Of a stretch of 60,900 bases of DNA, positions 24,483 through 34,310 are shown one piece after another. Source of the stretch: Actinomycetota bacterium (GTDB lineage: Bacteria; Actinomycetota; Acidimicrobiia; Spongiisociales; UBA11373); NCBI GenBank assembly GCA_043810615.1, contig JBDROA010000181.1:1-60900 (forward strand). Reading direction: 5' to 3'. The translations under genes were made by a program, and so were the position numbers. The notes under the pieces are model-generated. The model was not told where the DNA came from. It worked only from the letters and a program-made list of their open reading frames with translations, and did not search any database. Within the stretch, counting starts at the first letter, position 1. Each line of letters opens with the position of its first letter.

Positions 24483-24708
24483 AGCCTCGATGACATCGGG
24501 AGTGGGGTTGAGCTCCTGAGCCAGGAGCATGTGGTGAGCGGATCCACGTGGGCGGCCCCGTCTGGGGTGTGACTATCAAGTGCTCAGCAACCTGCGCTTG
24601 CTGTGCCGAAGGCACCATCAGACCGCCCACCACCACCAACCCTACCCCCGACGCCAGTAGCCCAGGATCGACCGGTCGAGCCTCAGACCTCCACCGCCCG
24701 ACTCCGTC

Positions 24709-24742
24709 GGCAACGTCACCCCTCCCTTGGGGTGACGTTGCC
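24709..24742. terminator. perfect 14-bp hairpin abutting the kinase stop codon
   Basis: GGCAACGTCACCCC-tccctt-GGGGTGACGTTGCC. Lies between convergent genes. Its core resembles the GTCACCC/GGGTGAC motif of copies A-C. Confidence 0.6.
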
Positions 24743-24743
24743 C

Positions 24744-25700
24744 TCACCCGGTGAAGGTCCCCCCGTCCAGGATGGTCCGCAGGCGGCGCTCTGCTCGCTC
24801 GAAGAAGGCGGCGGTGTCGAACTCCCCGGTGGGGAAGGCGGGCATCAGGGTGACCGTGTTGGCCAGCACGAGCGCCCGGCCGGCGATGAAGGTGTCCAGT
24901 TCCCCCGGCTCCGTCTCCGGCCAGGGAGCCACCTGCTCGTAGCCGCGACGGAACCCGGCGAGCGCTTCGGGGAAGTCGGGCCGGTGGTACAGGTAGTAGA
25001 AGGCTGTGGCGACGTCCTGGATGGGCCAGCCCCACATGAGGTCCTCGAAGTCGATGGCGGCGAGGTGCCCCCGGTGGACCAGCACGTTCCACACGTGGAA
25101 GTCGCCGTGGAGGAGGCGCATCGGCCCGCCGGCCTCCAACCGGGCGATGGCCCGCTCCACTCGATCCGCCACCCGAAGGAAGAGGGCCCGCCGCTCCGGG
25201 GGCAGCAGCGGGGTGGGCCCGGCGGCGAACAGCACCTCGGGTTCCTGAAAGGGAAAGACCCGGTCGTAGCGGGGCAGCGGGGGGTTGCCGGGGGGTTGGA
25301 AGCCGGCGGCATGCCCGTGCAGTTGGGCGGCGAGGCGGCCGTAGGCCTCCACGTGGGGCGGGGTGAGGCGCTCCTCGAGCAGGCGGCCGGGAAGCCACCG
25401 GAACACCACCACCAGGCGCTCGCCCTCGATGCCCGGCATGGTCAGCGGGGTGACGAGGCGCCCGCGGTGGTCGGGCACCGGTTCGGGCACGGTGAAGCCG
25501 GAGGCGCGCAGCGCGGCCAGCCAGGCGGCCTCGGCCTCGGTTTCGCCGCGGGAGTGGGCGACGGGGCCGTGGACCCCGATGCGCACGACGAAGCGGGCGC
25601 CGTCGGCCGCCCGCGCCTGGAACAGGGTGTTGGTGTCGTCGCCCAGGAAGCGGAGGGAGCATTCGCCGAGGTTTCGAGCCGCCAGCGCGGCTCGAGCCAT
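24744..25700 (-). CDS. APH/choline-kinase-family phosphotransferase
   Basis: ATG 25700. Catalytic loop LLHGDFHVWNVL (HGDxxxxN) and IDFEDL. The rest of ORF 24744..26636 is shadow frame over the ABC ATPase. Confidence 0.8.
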   Translation of the reverse strand: MARAALAARNLGECSLRFLGDDTNTLFQARAADGARFVVRIGVHGPVAHSRGETEAEAAWLAALRASGFTVPEPVPDHRGRLVTPLTMPGIEGERLVVVFRWLPGRLLEERLTPPHVEAYGRLAAQLHGHAAGFQPPGNPPLPRYDRVFPFQEPEVLFAAGPTPLLPPERRALFLRVADRVERAIARLEAGGPMRLLHGDFHVWNVLVHRGHLAAIDFEDLMWGWPIQDVATAFYYLYHRPDFPEALAGFRRGYEQVAPWPETEPGELDTFIAGRALVLANTVTLMPAFPTGEFDTAAFFERAERRLRTILDGGTFTG

Positions 25701-25768
25701 CAGGCGGAGGCGCCGGGCCCGGCCTCGCCGGGTGAGGTCGGGGAACGGCCGGGCCGCCACCGGGCTGC

Positions 25769-26787
<1,019 letters not shown>

Positions 26788-26791
<4 letters not shown>

Positions 26792-27783
26792 AGCGCCTCC
26801 TGGAACAACCAGCATCGCACCTTGTGGCCCGGCTCGGTTTCGATCAGGTCGGGCTCGGTGACCGTGCAGATCTCCAGGCCCTTCTCCTCGCGGGCCCGGC
26901 AGCGCGAGGCGAAGCGGCATCCCGCCGGCAGGTCGATGAGGTTGGGCACCCGGCCGGGGATGACGTCGAGCCACTCCTTGCGGGTGCCGATGATGGGGAT
27001 GGACCCGATGAGGCCCACGGTGTAGGGGTGCTGCGGCCGGGCGAACAGGTTCTCGGTGGAGGCCTCCTCGACGATGCGCCCGGCGTACATGACCGCCACC
27101 CGGTCGGCCATCTCGGCCACGATGCCCAGGTCGTGGGTGATGAGGAGGATGGCCATCCCCATGTCGGCCCGGAGTTGGCGCATGAGGTCGAGGATCTGGG
27201 CCTGGATGGTGACGTCGAGGGCGGTGGTGGGCTCGTCGGCGATGAGCAGCTCCGGCCCGGCGGCGAGGGCCATGGCGATCATCACCCGCTGGGCCATGCC
27301 TCCCGACAGCTCGTGGGGGTAGGACTTGGCCCGGCGCGCCGGGTCGGAGATCCCCACCCGGGCCAGCATCTCGACCGCCTTCTCCTCGCCCACCTTGTGC
27401 TTGAGGCCCTGGTGGACCTCGTAGACCTCGGCGATCTGGAAGCCGGCGGTGTACACAGGGTTCAGCGACGACACCGGCTGCTGGAAGATCATCGAGATGC
27501 GATCGCCGCGGATGGCCCGCATGTCGGCCATGCTCTTGGCGAGCAGGTCGTCGTCGTGGAAGCGAATCTGCCCCGAGACGACCTTCCCCGGATCGGCGAC
27601 CAGGCGGAGGATGGAGAGCGAGGTCACGCTCTTGCCGCATCCCGACTCGCCCACCAGGCCCAGGATCTCGCCGCGGTCGATCTTCAGGTCCACCCCGTCC
27701 ACCGCCTTTACCACCCCGTCGCGGGTGAAGTAGTAGGTGGAGAGGCCGGTGAGCTCGAGGAGGGGGGCGCCGTTGTCGCTCAT
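26788..27783 (-). CDS. oligopeptide/dipeptide ABC ATP-binding protein (OppD/DppD-like)
   Basis: ATG 27783. [28 protein letters not shown]. Confidence 0.9.
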
Positions 27784-28778
27784 CGGTTCAGCCTGGGGTC
27801 GAGGGCGTCGCGCAGGCCGTCGCCGAGGAGGTTGAAGGCCAGGACGTTCCACATGATGGCCAGCCCGGGGAAGAACACGAGGTGAGGGGCGGTGAAGACC
27901 TGGTTGCGCTCGGCGGCCAGCATCGACCCCCACTCGGCGGTGGGGGGCCGCACCCCGAGGCCCAGGAAGGAGAGGGCGGCGATCTCGAGCACGGCGGTGG
28001 CGACGCCCAGGGTGGCCTGTACCACCAGGGGGGTCAGGGAGTTGGGGAGGATGCGGTTCCAGATGATTCGGGCGGTGGAAACGCCCAGGGCCCGGTCGGC
28101 GGCCACGTAGTCGTTCTCCCGGACGGTGAGCACCGCCGAGCGCACGACGCGGGCGTAGGCAGGGATGGTGACCACGGAAATGGCCAGCATGGCGTTGATG
28201 AGCCCCTGGCCCATGACCGTGATGATGGCGATGGCCAGGAGCAGCGAGGGGAACGCCAGCAGCACGTCCATGATGCGCATGATCAAGTTGTCGATGCGGC
28301 CCCCGAAGAAGCCCGACAGCAAGCCGAGCAGGGTGCCGGCGGCCACGGCGACTGCCACCGCCCCGACGCCGGCAAGCAGGGAGACTCGGGCCCCGAAGAG
28401 GAGACGGCTGAACTCGTCACGGCCGTTCCCATCGGTGCCCAGGATGTGCTGCGGCTGCGAGGAATCACAGCCGAAGAGGTGGATGCAAGGCGCCGACCGC
28501 ACCGGGATCCCCTGGTCGATGCCGACGGTCTCCGTGGGGGAGAAGGGGGCGATGAGCGGGGCGAAGATGGCGACGAGTAGGAGCACGCTGAGCATCACGA
28601 GGCCGATGACCGCCGAGCGCTTGTGGAGCAGTTCTCGGAAGGCAGTGGCCCACAGGCCCCGGGTCTCGGGGAGGCGGGCCGTCTCGCCGCGCTGGTCGGC
28701 CCGTTCCGGCGCGGCGCCCGCGGGGAAGGGCCCTTCGGGATGGAAGGGATCGGGCACGAGGTCGCCGGGGCCGCTCAC
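27780..28778 (-). CDS. ABC permease (OppC/DppC-like)
   Basis: GTG 28778 overlaps the OppB-like stop. ...ILGTDGNGRDEFSRLLFGARVSL... and an EAA-like loop. Confidence 0.88.
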   Translation of the reverse strand: MSGPGDLVPDPFHPEGPFPAGAAPERADQRGETARLPETRGLWATAFRELLHKRSAVIGLVMLSVLLLVAIFAPLIAPFSPTETVGIDQGIPVRSAPCIHLFGCDSSQPQHILGTDGNGRDEFSRLLFGARVSLLAGVGAVAVAVAAGTLLGLLSGFFGGRIDNLIMRIMDVLLAFPSLLLAIAIITVMGQGLINAMLAISVVTIPAYARVVRSAVLTVRENDYVAADRALGVSTARIIWNRILPNSLTPLVVQATLGVATAVLEIAALSFLGLGVRPPTAEWGSMLAAERNQVFTAPHLVFFPGLAIMWNVLAFNLLGDGLRDALDPRLNR

Positions 28779-29836
28779 GTGATCCTCACCTTGGGGTTCA
28801 GGTAGGTGTAGAGGAGGTCCACCACCATGTTCACCAGCACGAAGCCGACGGCCACGACCAGAGTGAAGCCCTGGACCACGGCGTAGTCGCGCGACTGGAT
28901 GGCATCGAAGAGGCTCTTGCCCACCCCGGAGAGGCCGAAGATGGTTTCGGTGAGGATGGCCCCGCCGAGAAGGGTCCCCAGCGACAGGCCGATGACGGTG
29001 ACCACCGGCAGCATGGCGTTGCGCAGGGCGTGGCGGACGACCACCCGCTTCTCGGGGAGGCCCTTCGCCCGGGCGGTGCGCACGTAGTCGAGGCTGAGCA
29101 CGTCGAGCAGGGAGGACCGGGTCATGCGGGCGATAACCGCCATGGGGATGGTGCCCAGGGCGATGGCCGGCAGGATCAAGTGCCCGGCGGCGCTGCGGAA
29201 GGCGGTCCAGTTGGCGCTGAGCAGCGCGTTGAACACGTTCATGTTCGAGACGAACTCGAAGATGCCCCACGGCGGCAGGCCCCAGGACTGGTAGAACGGG
29301 GCGGGGATCAGGCCGGCGTCCAGGGACCCCGACGGGGGTAACGATAAGAAGGTGTCCCGCAACAGCACGGCGAAGAGGTACTGGAGCATCAGGCCGAGCC
29401 AGAAGACCGGCATCGACACTCCGACGTTGGCCCCCACCATGGTGGCCACGTCGGCCGCCGAGTTGTGCTTATAGCCCGAGATGATCCCCAGGGGAACCCC
29501 CAACAGCACCGCCACGGTGAGGGCGGCCATCGACAACTCGATGGTGACCGGGAGGCGCTCTACGAGCATGGTGGTGACGGGGCGGCCGTAGCGGAACGAC
29601 TCGCCGAGGTCGCCGGTGAAGACGTCCCTGACGTAGATCCCGAACTGCACATGGAAGGGCTTGTTGAGGCCCTTGCGTTCCATGAAGGCGTCGCAGATCT
29701 GATCGGTGGCCCGCTCGCCCAACACCGCCCGGCAGGGGTCGCCGGGGATGACCCGCGCCAGCAGGAATGTCACGAAGAGGATCCCGAGGAGCACCGGGAT
29801 CGAATAGAGGAAGCGGCGGGCGACGAAGCGGGCCAT
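28775..29836 (-). CDS. ABC permease (OppB/DppB-like)
   Basis: 353 aa. MARFVARRFLYSIPVLLGILFVTFLL... and ...DYVRTARAKGLPEKRVVVRHALRNA... Confidence 0.9.
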   Translation of the reverse strand: MARFVARRFLYSIPVLLGILFVTFLLARVIPGDPCRAVLGERATDQICDAFMERKGLNKPFHVQFGIYVRDVFTGDLGESFRYGRPVTTMLVERLPVTIELSMAALTVAVLLGVPLGIISGYKHNSAADVATMVGANVGVSMPVFWLGLMLQYLFAVLLRDTFLSLPPSGSLDAGLIPAPFYQSWGLPPWGIFEFVSNMNVFNALLSANWTAFRSAAGHLILPAIALGTIPMAVIARMTRSSLLDVLSLDYVRTARAKGLPEKRVVVRHALRNAMLPVVTVIGLSLGTLLGGAILTETIFGLSGVGKSLFDAIQSRDYAVVQGFTLVVAVGFVLVNMVVDLLYTYLNPKVRIT

Positions 29837-29919
29837 TGGGGAGCCAATCTACTGCGACAAGCAGTGGGGGGCGCCCCGAGGGGCGCCCCCCACCAATTGG
29901 CGGGTCTGAGACGGTGGCT

Positions 29920-31599
29920 CTACCCCTCGGCGGGCGGGGCGTTCAGGAACTGCCCGAACAGGCCCGGGAAGTAGGTGAAGCTGCCGTCACGGCCGATGTG
30001 GAGCGGGTGGGAGGCATCCCACTGCACCACGTAGGACATGACCACGTCGTTGGCGTCGAAGGTGCTGCCGTCGTGGAACAGTACGCCCGAACGCAGGCTG
30101 CAGGTCCACACCGTCAGGTCTTCGTTGGCGTCGCAGGAGGTGGCCAGGCCGGGCTCGACTCCCACTCCGCCGACCGTGTAGGAGAGCAGCGACTCGTTGA
30201 TCTGCTCACAAGCCCGGAGGCTCTCGCCGTCGCTCTCGTCGGCGCAGTAGAGGCCGATGGGCTCGGCGTTCTGCATCCACACGAAGGTGTCCCGGCCGCC
30301 CGGGTCCATGACGGCGAAGTACTCATTGCTCAGCGGGCTGGCATGGGCTCCGGTGACGTCGGCCTTGTAGGCCAGGCCGGAGCCGCCGTGCGCCACGGGG
30401 ATCATGGGCACGTGCTGTTTGATGAGCTCGGCTACCTGGGCGTAGAGCACGTCGCGCTCTGCCTGGTCGGATAGGGAGCCCGCCTGCGTGAGCAGCACCG
30501 TGATGTCGTCGAACTGGATCCCGAACTGGTCCGAGGACCCGGCCCCGAAGTGGTAGTCCAGGAAGTTGGTCGCATCCGGGTAGTCGGCGCCCCAGCCCAG
30601 CAAGTGCATAGGGAGCTCGCCGGCATCGGCGGCGTCGATAAAGGCACCGGATTCCATCACGTCGAGGGTGACGTTGACGCCGATCTGCGCCAACTGGGCC
30701 TGGATGTCCTGGGCCACGACGCCCGGCTGCGGCAGGTAGCCGCGCACCACGTCGCGGTAGGACAGTTCGATGTCGAACCCGTCCGGGTACCCGGCGGCGG
30801 TCAGCATGTCACGGGCCGTCTGCAGGTTGTACTCGTACCAGGTCGCCCCCGCGGCATAACCGGGGATGGCGGAGGGCAAGAACTGCTCGGCCACCGAGGA
30901 GCCCGGCGGGTAGAAGTTGTCCACGATCCGCTGCTTGTCGATGGCCATGGCCAGCGCCTGGCGCACCTGCTCGTTGTCCAGCGGCGGGAAGTTGTTGTTG
31001 AACCCGATGTAGAAGATGTTCAACGCCGGGCGCTCGATCAACTGCAGGGTGGCATCGCCGGCCACTGTGGGGAAGTCGTCGGGGCCGATATTGTCGACGC
31101 CGTCCACGCTGCCGGCCCGCAGCTCAACCAGCCGCTGAGCGGCCTCGGTGCTCCAGCGGAACACCAGGGTGTCGGCAATCGCCGGCGTGCCCCAGTAGTC
31201 GGCGAAGCGCGTCAGCACCAGGCTGTTGCCTCGGTCCCACTGCTCGAGCATGTAGGGGCCGGTGCCGACCGGGTTGCTGATCAGGGCGTCGCCGCCGCCG
31301 CCGGTCTGCTCGAGGTACTCCGCGGAGTGGATGCCGAAGGCGGAGAAGGCCACCTTCGAGCGGAACGCCACATCCGGGAGACACAACTCGAAGCGAACCG
31401 TCAGGGCGTCGACCGCCTCGATGGTCTTGAACTCTCCGCCGTAGTCGCAGTCCGGCGCTGAGAACGAGAGTGCCTCGAAAGGCGCACCCGTGGTCGTAGG
31501 AGCTGCCGTCGTCGTGGTGGTTTCGACTGCGTCGTCGCCGCAGGCGGCGACGAGCAGGGCGACCACGGCGAGGAGCGCCATGAGTCTCCACTTGTTCAT
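29920..31599 (-). CDS. family 5 extracellular solute-binding lipoprotein (peptide/nickel/oligosaccharide type)
   Basis: ATG 31599. Lipobox LLVAAC. First gene of the five-gene importer. Confidence 0.85.
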   Translation of the reverse strand: MNKWRLMALLAVVALLVAACGDDAVETTTTTAAPTTTGAPFEALSFSAPDCDYGGEFKTIEAVDALTVRFELCLPDVAFRSKVAFSAFGIHSAEYLEQTGGGGDALISNPVGTGPYMLEQWDRGNSLVLTRFADYWGTPAIADTLVFRWSTEAAQRLVELRAGSVDGVDNIGPDDFPTVAGDATLQLIERPALNIFYIGFNNNFPPLDNEQVRQALAMAIDKQRIVDNFYPPGSSVAEQFLPSAIPGYAAGATWYEYNLQTARDMLTAAGYPDGFDIELSYRDVVRGYLPQPGVVAQDIQAQLAQIGVNVTLDVMESGAFIDAADAGELPMHLLGWGADYPDATNFLDYHFGAGSSDQFGIQFDDITVLLTQAGSLSDQAERDVLYAQVAELIKQHVPMIPVAHGGSGLAYKADVTGAHASPLSNEYFAVMDPGGRDTFVWMQNAEPIGLYCADESDGESLRACEQINESLLSYTVGGVGVEPGLATSCDANEDLTVWTCSLRSGVLFHDGSTFDANDVVMSYVVQWDASHPLHIGRDGSFTYFPGLFGQFLNAPPAEG

Positions 31600-31852
31600 T
31601 TCGGTTCCCTCTGTCAGCCGATGCGCCAAAAACACAACTGCGGCGATCGGGTTGGTTAGAACACTAGCCGTCGGTGGCCGCAGTGGGAGGCCGGGAGGGA
31701 GTGCGGGGAGAGGGAGAGAGGGCGCGGCGGTGCTGCCTGTGGGTCGTTTTGGGCGTTGCCCTGGCCGCGCGGCGGTCGCCGGCGCGCGCCCTTGCGGGTC
31801 CGGCTACACACCGAGCCCGTGGGACGGCTGGGGATGCCTCCTCCGCGGCCTG

Positions 31853-31928
31853 CGGCCGCGTGGTCCCCGGCGCGAAGCAGGCTTCGTGTTGCTTTGCCCC
31901 CTCCGCTCGGCGGCCGCGTGGTCCCCGG
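31853..31928. repeat. two copies of CGGCCGCGTGGTCCCCGG 58 nt apart, upstream of the importer operon
   Basis: Copies at 31853-31870 and 31911-31928, each preceded by CCTCCGC. A GAAGC-AG-GCTTC palindrome lies between them. Confidence 0.7.
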
Positions 31929-31994
31929 GTGTCCGGGGTTCATGACGGGTGCCGCCTCGCGCCTCCCTCGCAGCCGCGGGGGAGGCAATCAGGG

Positions 31995-32495
31995 CTACGC
32001 CGTGTCGAACGCCGGGTGGTAGGTAACCTCGCCGCTCAGGCCTTCCGCCGCCCCGCGGCGCACCTCGAGCGCCTGGAAGTGCTCCCCGGCGTCGCGGTAG
32101 TGCAGGCCGAAACGCTCGGCGGGCACGAAGCCGAAGCGCCCGTAGTAGCCGGGGTAGCCGAGGACCACGACGAGGCCCTCGTCTCGCACCCGGCAATGCT
32201 GCAGGAAGGCATCGACGAGCATGGCGCCTATGCCCCGGCCTTGGTAGTCGGGGTCCACCGCCAGGGGGCCCAGGGCCACCGCGGCCCTCGGCACGCCGCC
32301 GACGTCCACCGGGGAGAGGGCGATGTGGCCCACGATGCGGTTCCGCACCAGGGCCACCAGCGAGGCGAGCAGCGCCCCCCGGCCGCGCAGCGACTCCACC
32401 AGTTCGGCCTCGACGGTGCGGCCGAAGGCACGGATCTGCACCTCGGAGACGGCCTCGTCTTCGCCGGCTTCCTCGGCCCGGATGAGCAGCTTCAC
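31995..32495 (-). CDS. GNAT-family N-acetyltransferase
   Basis: 166 aa. ...LAVDPDYQGRGIGAMLVDAFL... acetyl-CoA-binding motif A. Confidence 0.85.
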   Translation of the reverse strand: MKLLIRAEEAGEDEAVSEVQIRAFGRTVEAELVESLRGRGALLASLVALVRNRIVGHIALSPVDVGGVPRAAVALGPLAVDPDYQGRGIGAMLVDAFLQHCRVRDEGLVVVLGYPGYYGRFGFVPAERFGLHYRDAGEHFQALEVRRGAAEGLSGEVTYHPAFDTA

Positions 32496-32550
32496 TGTTG
32501 GCCTGCTTGCGGTTGGCGGTCCCCAGCCTACGGCACGCGGGGCCTCGGCC

Positions 32551-32976
32551 GAGCTCCCAACGGAGGACCTCGGCCCCTTCCTCGCCGGCGGTCAGCGCCG
32601 GGCTCCCGGCCGCGGTGAGCCGGGTGGCGTCTCCTGCGCCCAACGCCGGGGCGCCGTCGAGGCTGGCCGTTCCCGCCGCCACGCAGACGTGGGCGAAGCG
32701 GTCGTCGAGCACCAACGTGACGATTCCCACGTCGCGGCGGGGATGGGTGTCGAAGCACGAAGTGGGGTGCACCACGTCATCGTTGGAGACCACGAGGGGG
32801 CCTCGGTGGGTGTTCCCCGGGTCGCGCCGGGGCCCGGGATTGAAGCAGGGGGAGGAATCCAGCCGCGGGAGGTTGGTGCGGAACCCGTCATTGCGCCGCC
32901 CGACGTCGAGGGGAATGGCTCCTGCGCCGCCGGGCCCGGGGAGCCGGAAGGCTACGGTGGTGGGAGGCCTGCTCAA
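32551..32976 (-). pseudogene. pirin/YhhW-like cupin domain, ends unresolved
   Basis: ...RLDSSPCFNPG...LVVSNDDVVHPTSCFDTHPRRDVGIVTLVL... parallels the pirin-type ...LRVINDD...GFGTHPH+DMEI.TYVL. One metal His reads Arg. No in-frame stop occurs before the GNAT gene. Confidence 0.4.
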
Positions 32977-33044
32977 CGGGGCCGTCCCCGACGCGAAGAG
33001 GCGGCGGGGTGAATCCCGCCGCCTCTCTTGTCGCCTCGATCGAC

Positions 33045-34196
33045 CTAGCGCCGGTGGAACACCGCTGCGGCCCCCATGCCGCCGCCGATGCACATGCTCA
33101 CGATGCCGTATTCCACCTGCCGCCGCGCCATCTCGTGCAGCAGGCTGGCGGTGAGCTTGGCGCCGGTGCACCCCAGGGGGTGCCCCAGGGCGATGGCCCC
33201 GCCGTTCACGTTGACGATCGCCGGGTCCAGGCCGAGGGTGCGCACGCAGTACAGGGCCTGGCTGGCGAAGGCCTCGTTGATCTCGAACAGGCCGATGTCC
33301 TTGGCCTCGAGACCGGCCGCCTTGAGCGCCTTGGGGATGGCCACCGCCGGCCCGATGCCCATTTCGTCGGGATCGACCCCGGCCACCTGGAAGGTGACCA
33401 GTTCGCCCAGCGGGGTGAAGCCCAACTCGTCGGCCTTGGCCCGCGACATGAGCAGCTGCAGAGCGGCCCCGTCGGAGGTCTGCGAAGAGTTGCCCGCCGT
33501 CGAGGCGCCGTCCACCTTGAAGACGGGTCGCAGCTTCCCAAGGCCTTCCACCGTGCTCTCCCGGGGGCCGTCGTCGGTGTCGAAGACGACCTCCCTGCCG
33601 TCCACCCGGGTGGTGATGGGGATGATCTCATCCTTGAACCGTCCCTCACGGATGGCGGCGAGGGCCTTGGCGTTCGAGGCGACCCCGAAGGCATCCTGGT
33701 CGGCGCGGCTCACCCCGTAGCGGGAGGCCACCGTCTCGCTGGTGATGCCCATCGACTCGTAGGCGCCGGGCCAGTTGGCCGCCAGCCAGGGGTTGGGGGC
33801 CGGCTTCTGCCCGCCCATGGGGACCAGGCTCATCGACTCGACGCCCCCGCTGAGCACGACCTGCGACCACCCGGCGACGATCTCGGAGGCTCCCGTGGCC
33901 AGGGCCTGCAGCCCCGACGAGCAGAAGCGGTTCATGGTCATCGCCGGGACGCTCACCGGGAGTCCGGCGCGCAAGCTCGCGATGCGAGCCACGTTCATGC
34001 CCTGCTCGGCTTCGGGGAAGGCGCAGCCGAGGACCACATCATCGATGGAGGCCGGGTCGAGCTGCGGCACCCGCTCCAGGAAGGCCTTGATGAGGAGCCC
34101 CATCAGTTCGTCGGGCCGGGTGTGGCGCAGCGTGCCCCGCCCCGACCGGCCCACCGCAGTGCGGTAGGCATGGGTTACGACGACTCCAGTGCTCAT
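33045..34196 (-). CDS. acetyl-CoA C-acyltransferase (thiolase)
   Basis: ATG 34196 with GAGGAA upstream. Active-site Cys context MNRFCSSGLQA. C-terminal NVNGGAIALGHPLGCTGA. Confidence 0.92.
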   Translation of the reverse strand: MSTGVVVTHAYRTAVGRSGRGTLRHTRPDELMGLLIKAFLERVPQLDPASIDDVVLGCAFPEAEQGMNVARIASLRAGLPVSVPAMTMNRFCSSGLQALATGASEIVAGWSQVVLSGGVESMSLVPMGGQKPAPNPWLAANWPGAYESMGITSETVASRYGVSRADQDAFGVASNAKALAAIREGRFKDEIIPITTRVDGREVVFDTDDGPRESTVEGLGKLRPVFKVDGASTAGNSSQTSDGAALQLLMSRAKADELGFTPLGELVTFQVAGVDPDEMGIGPAVAIPKALKAAGLEAKDIGLFEINEAFASQALYCVRTLGLDPAIVNVNGGAIALGHPLGCTGAKLTASLLHEMARRQVEYGIVSMCIGGGMGAAAVFHRR

Positions 34197-34310
34197 TCCT
34201 CTGCTCCTTTCAAAGCGCACCGCCAACAGTCCGCGGGCCCGATCTCGCTCCGGCTCGAAAGCGAATCGGAGCGAGACCCGGGGGCGAGCCTGTCGGCGTG
34301 CACTTGCCCG

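Noticed and set aside
20255-24742. Integron attC sites as explanation for the recurring GTCACCC motif
   Set aside because: No RYYYAAC / GTTRRRY core pair, no intI gene or attI in the window, and the genes between copies are not uniformly oriented.
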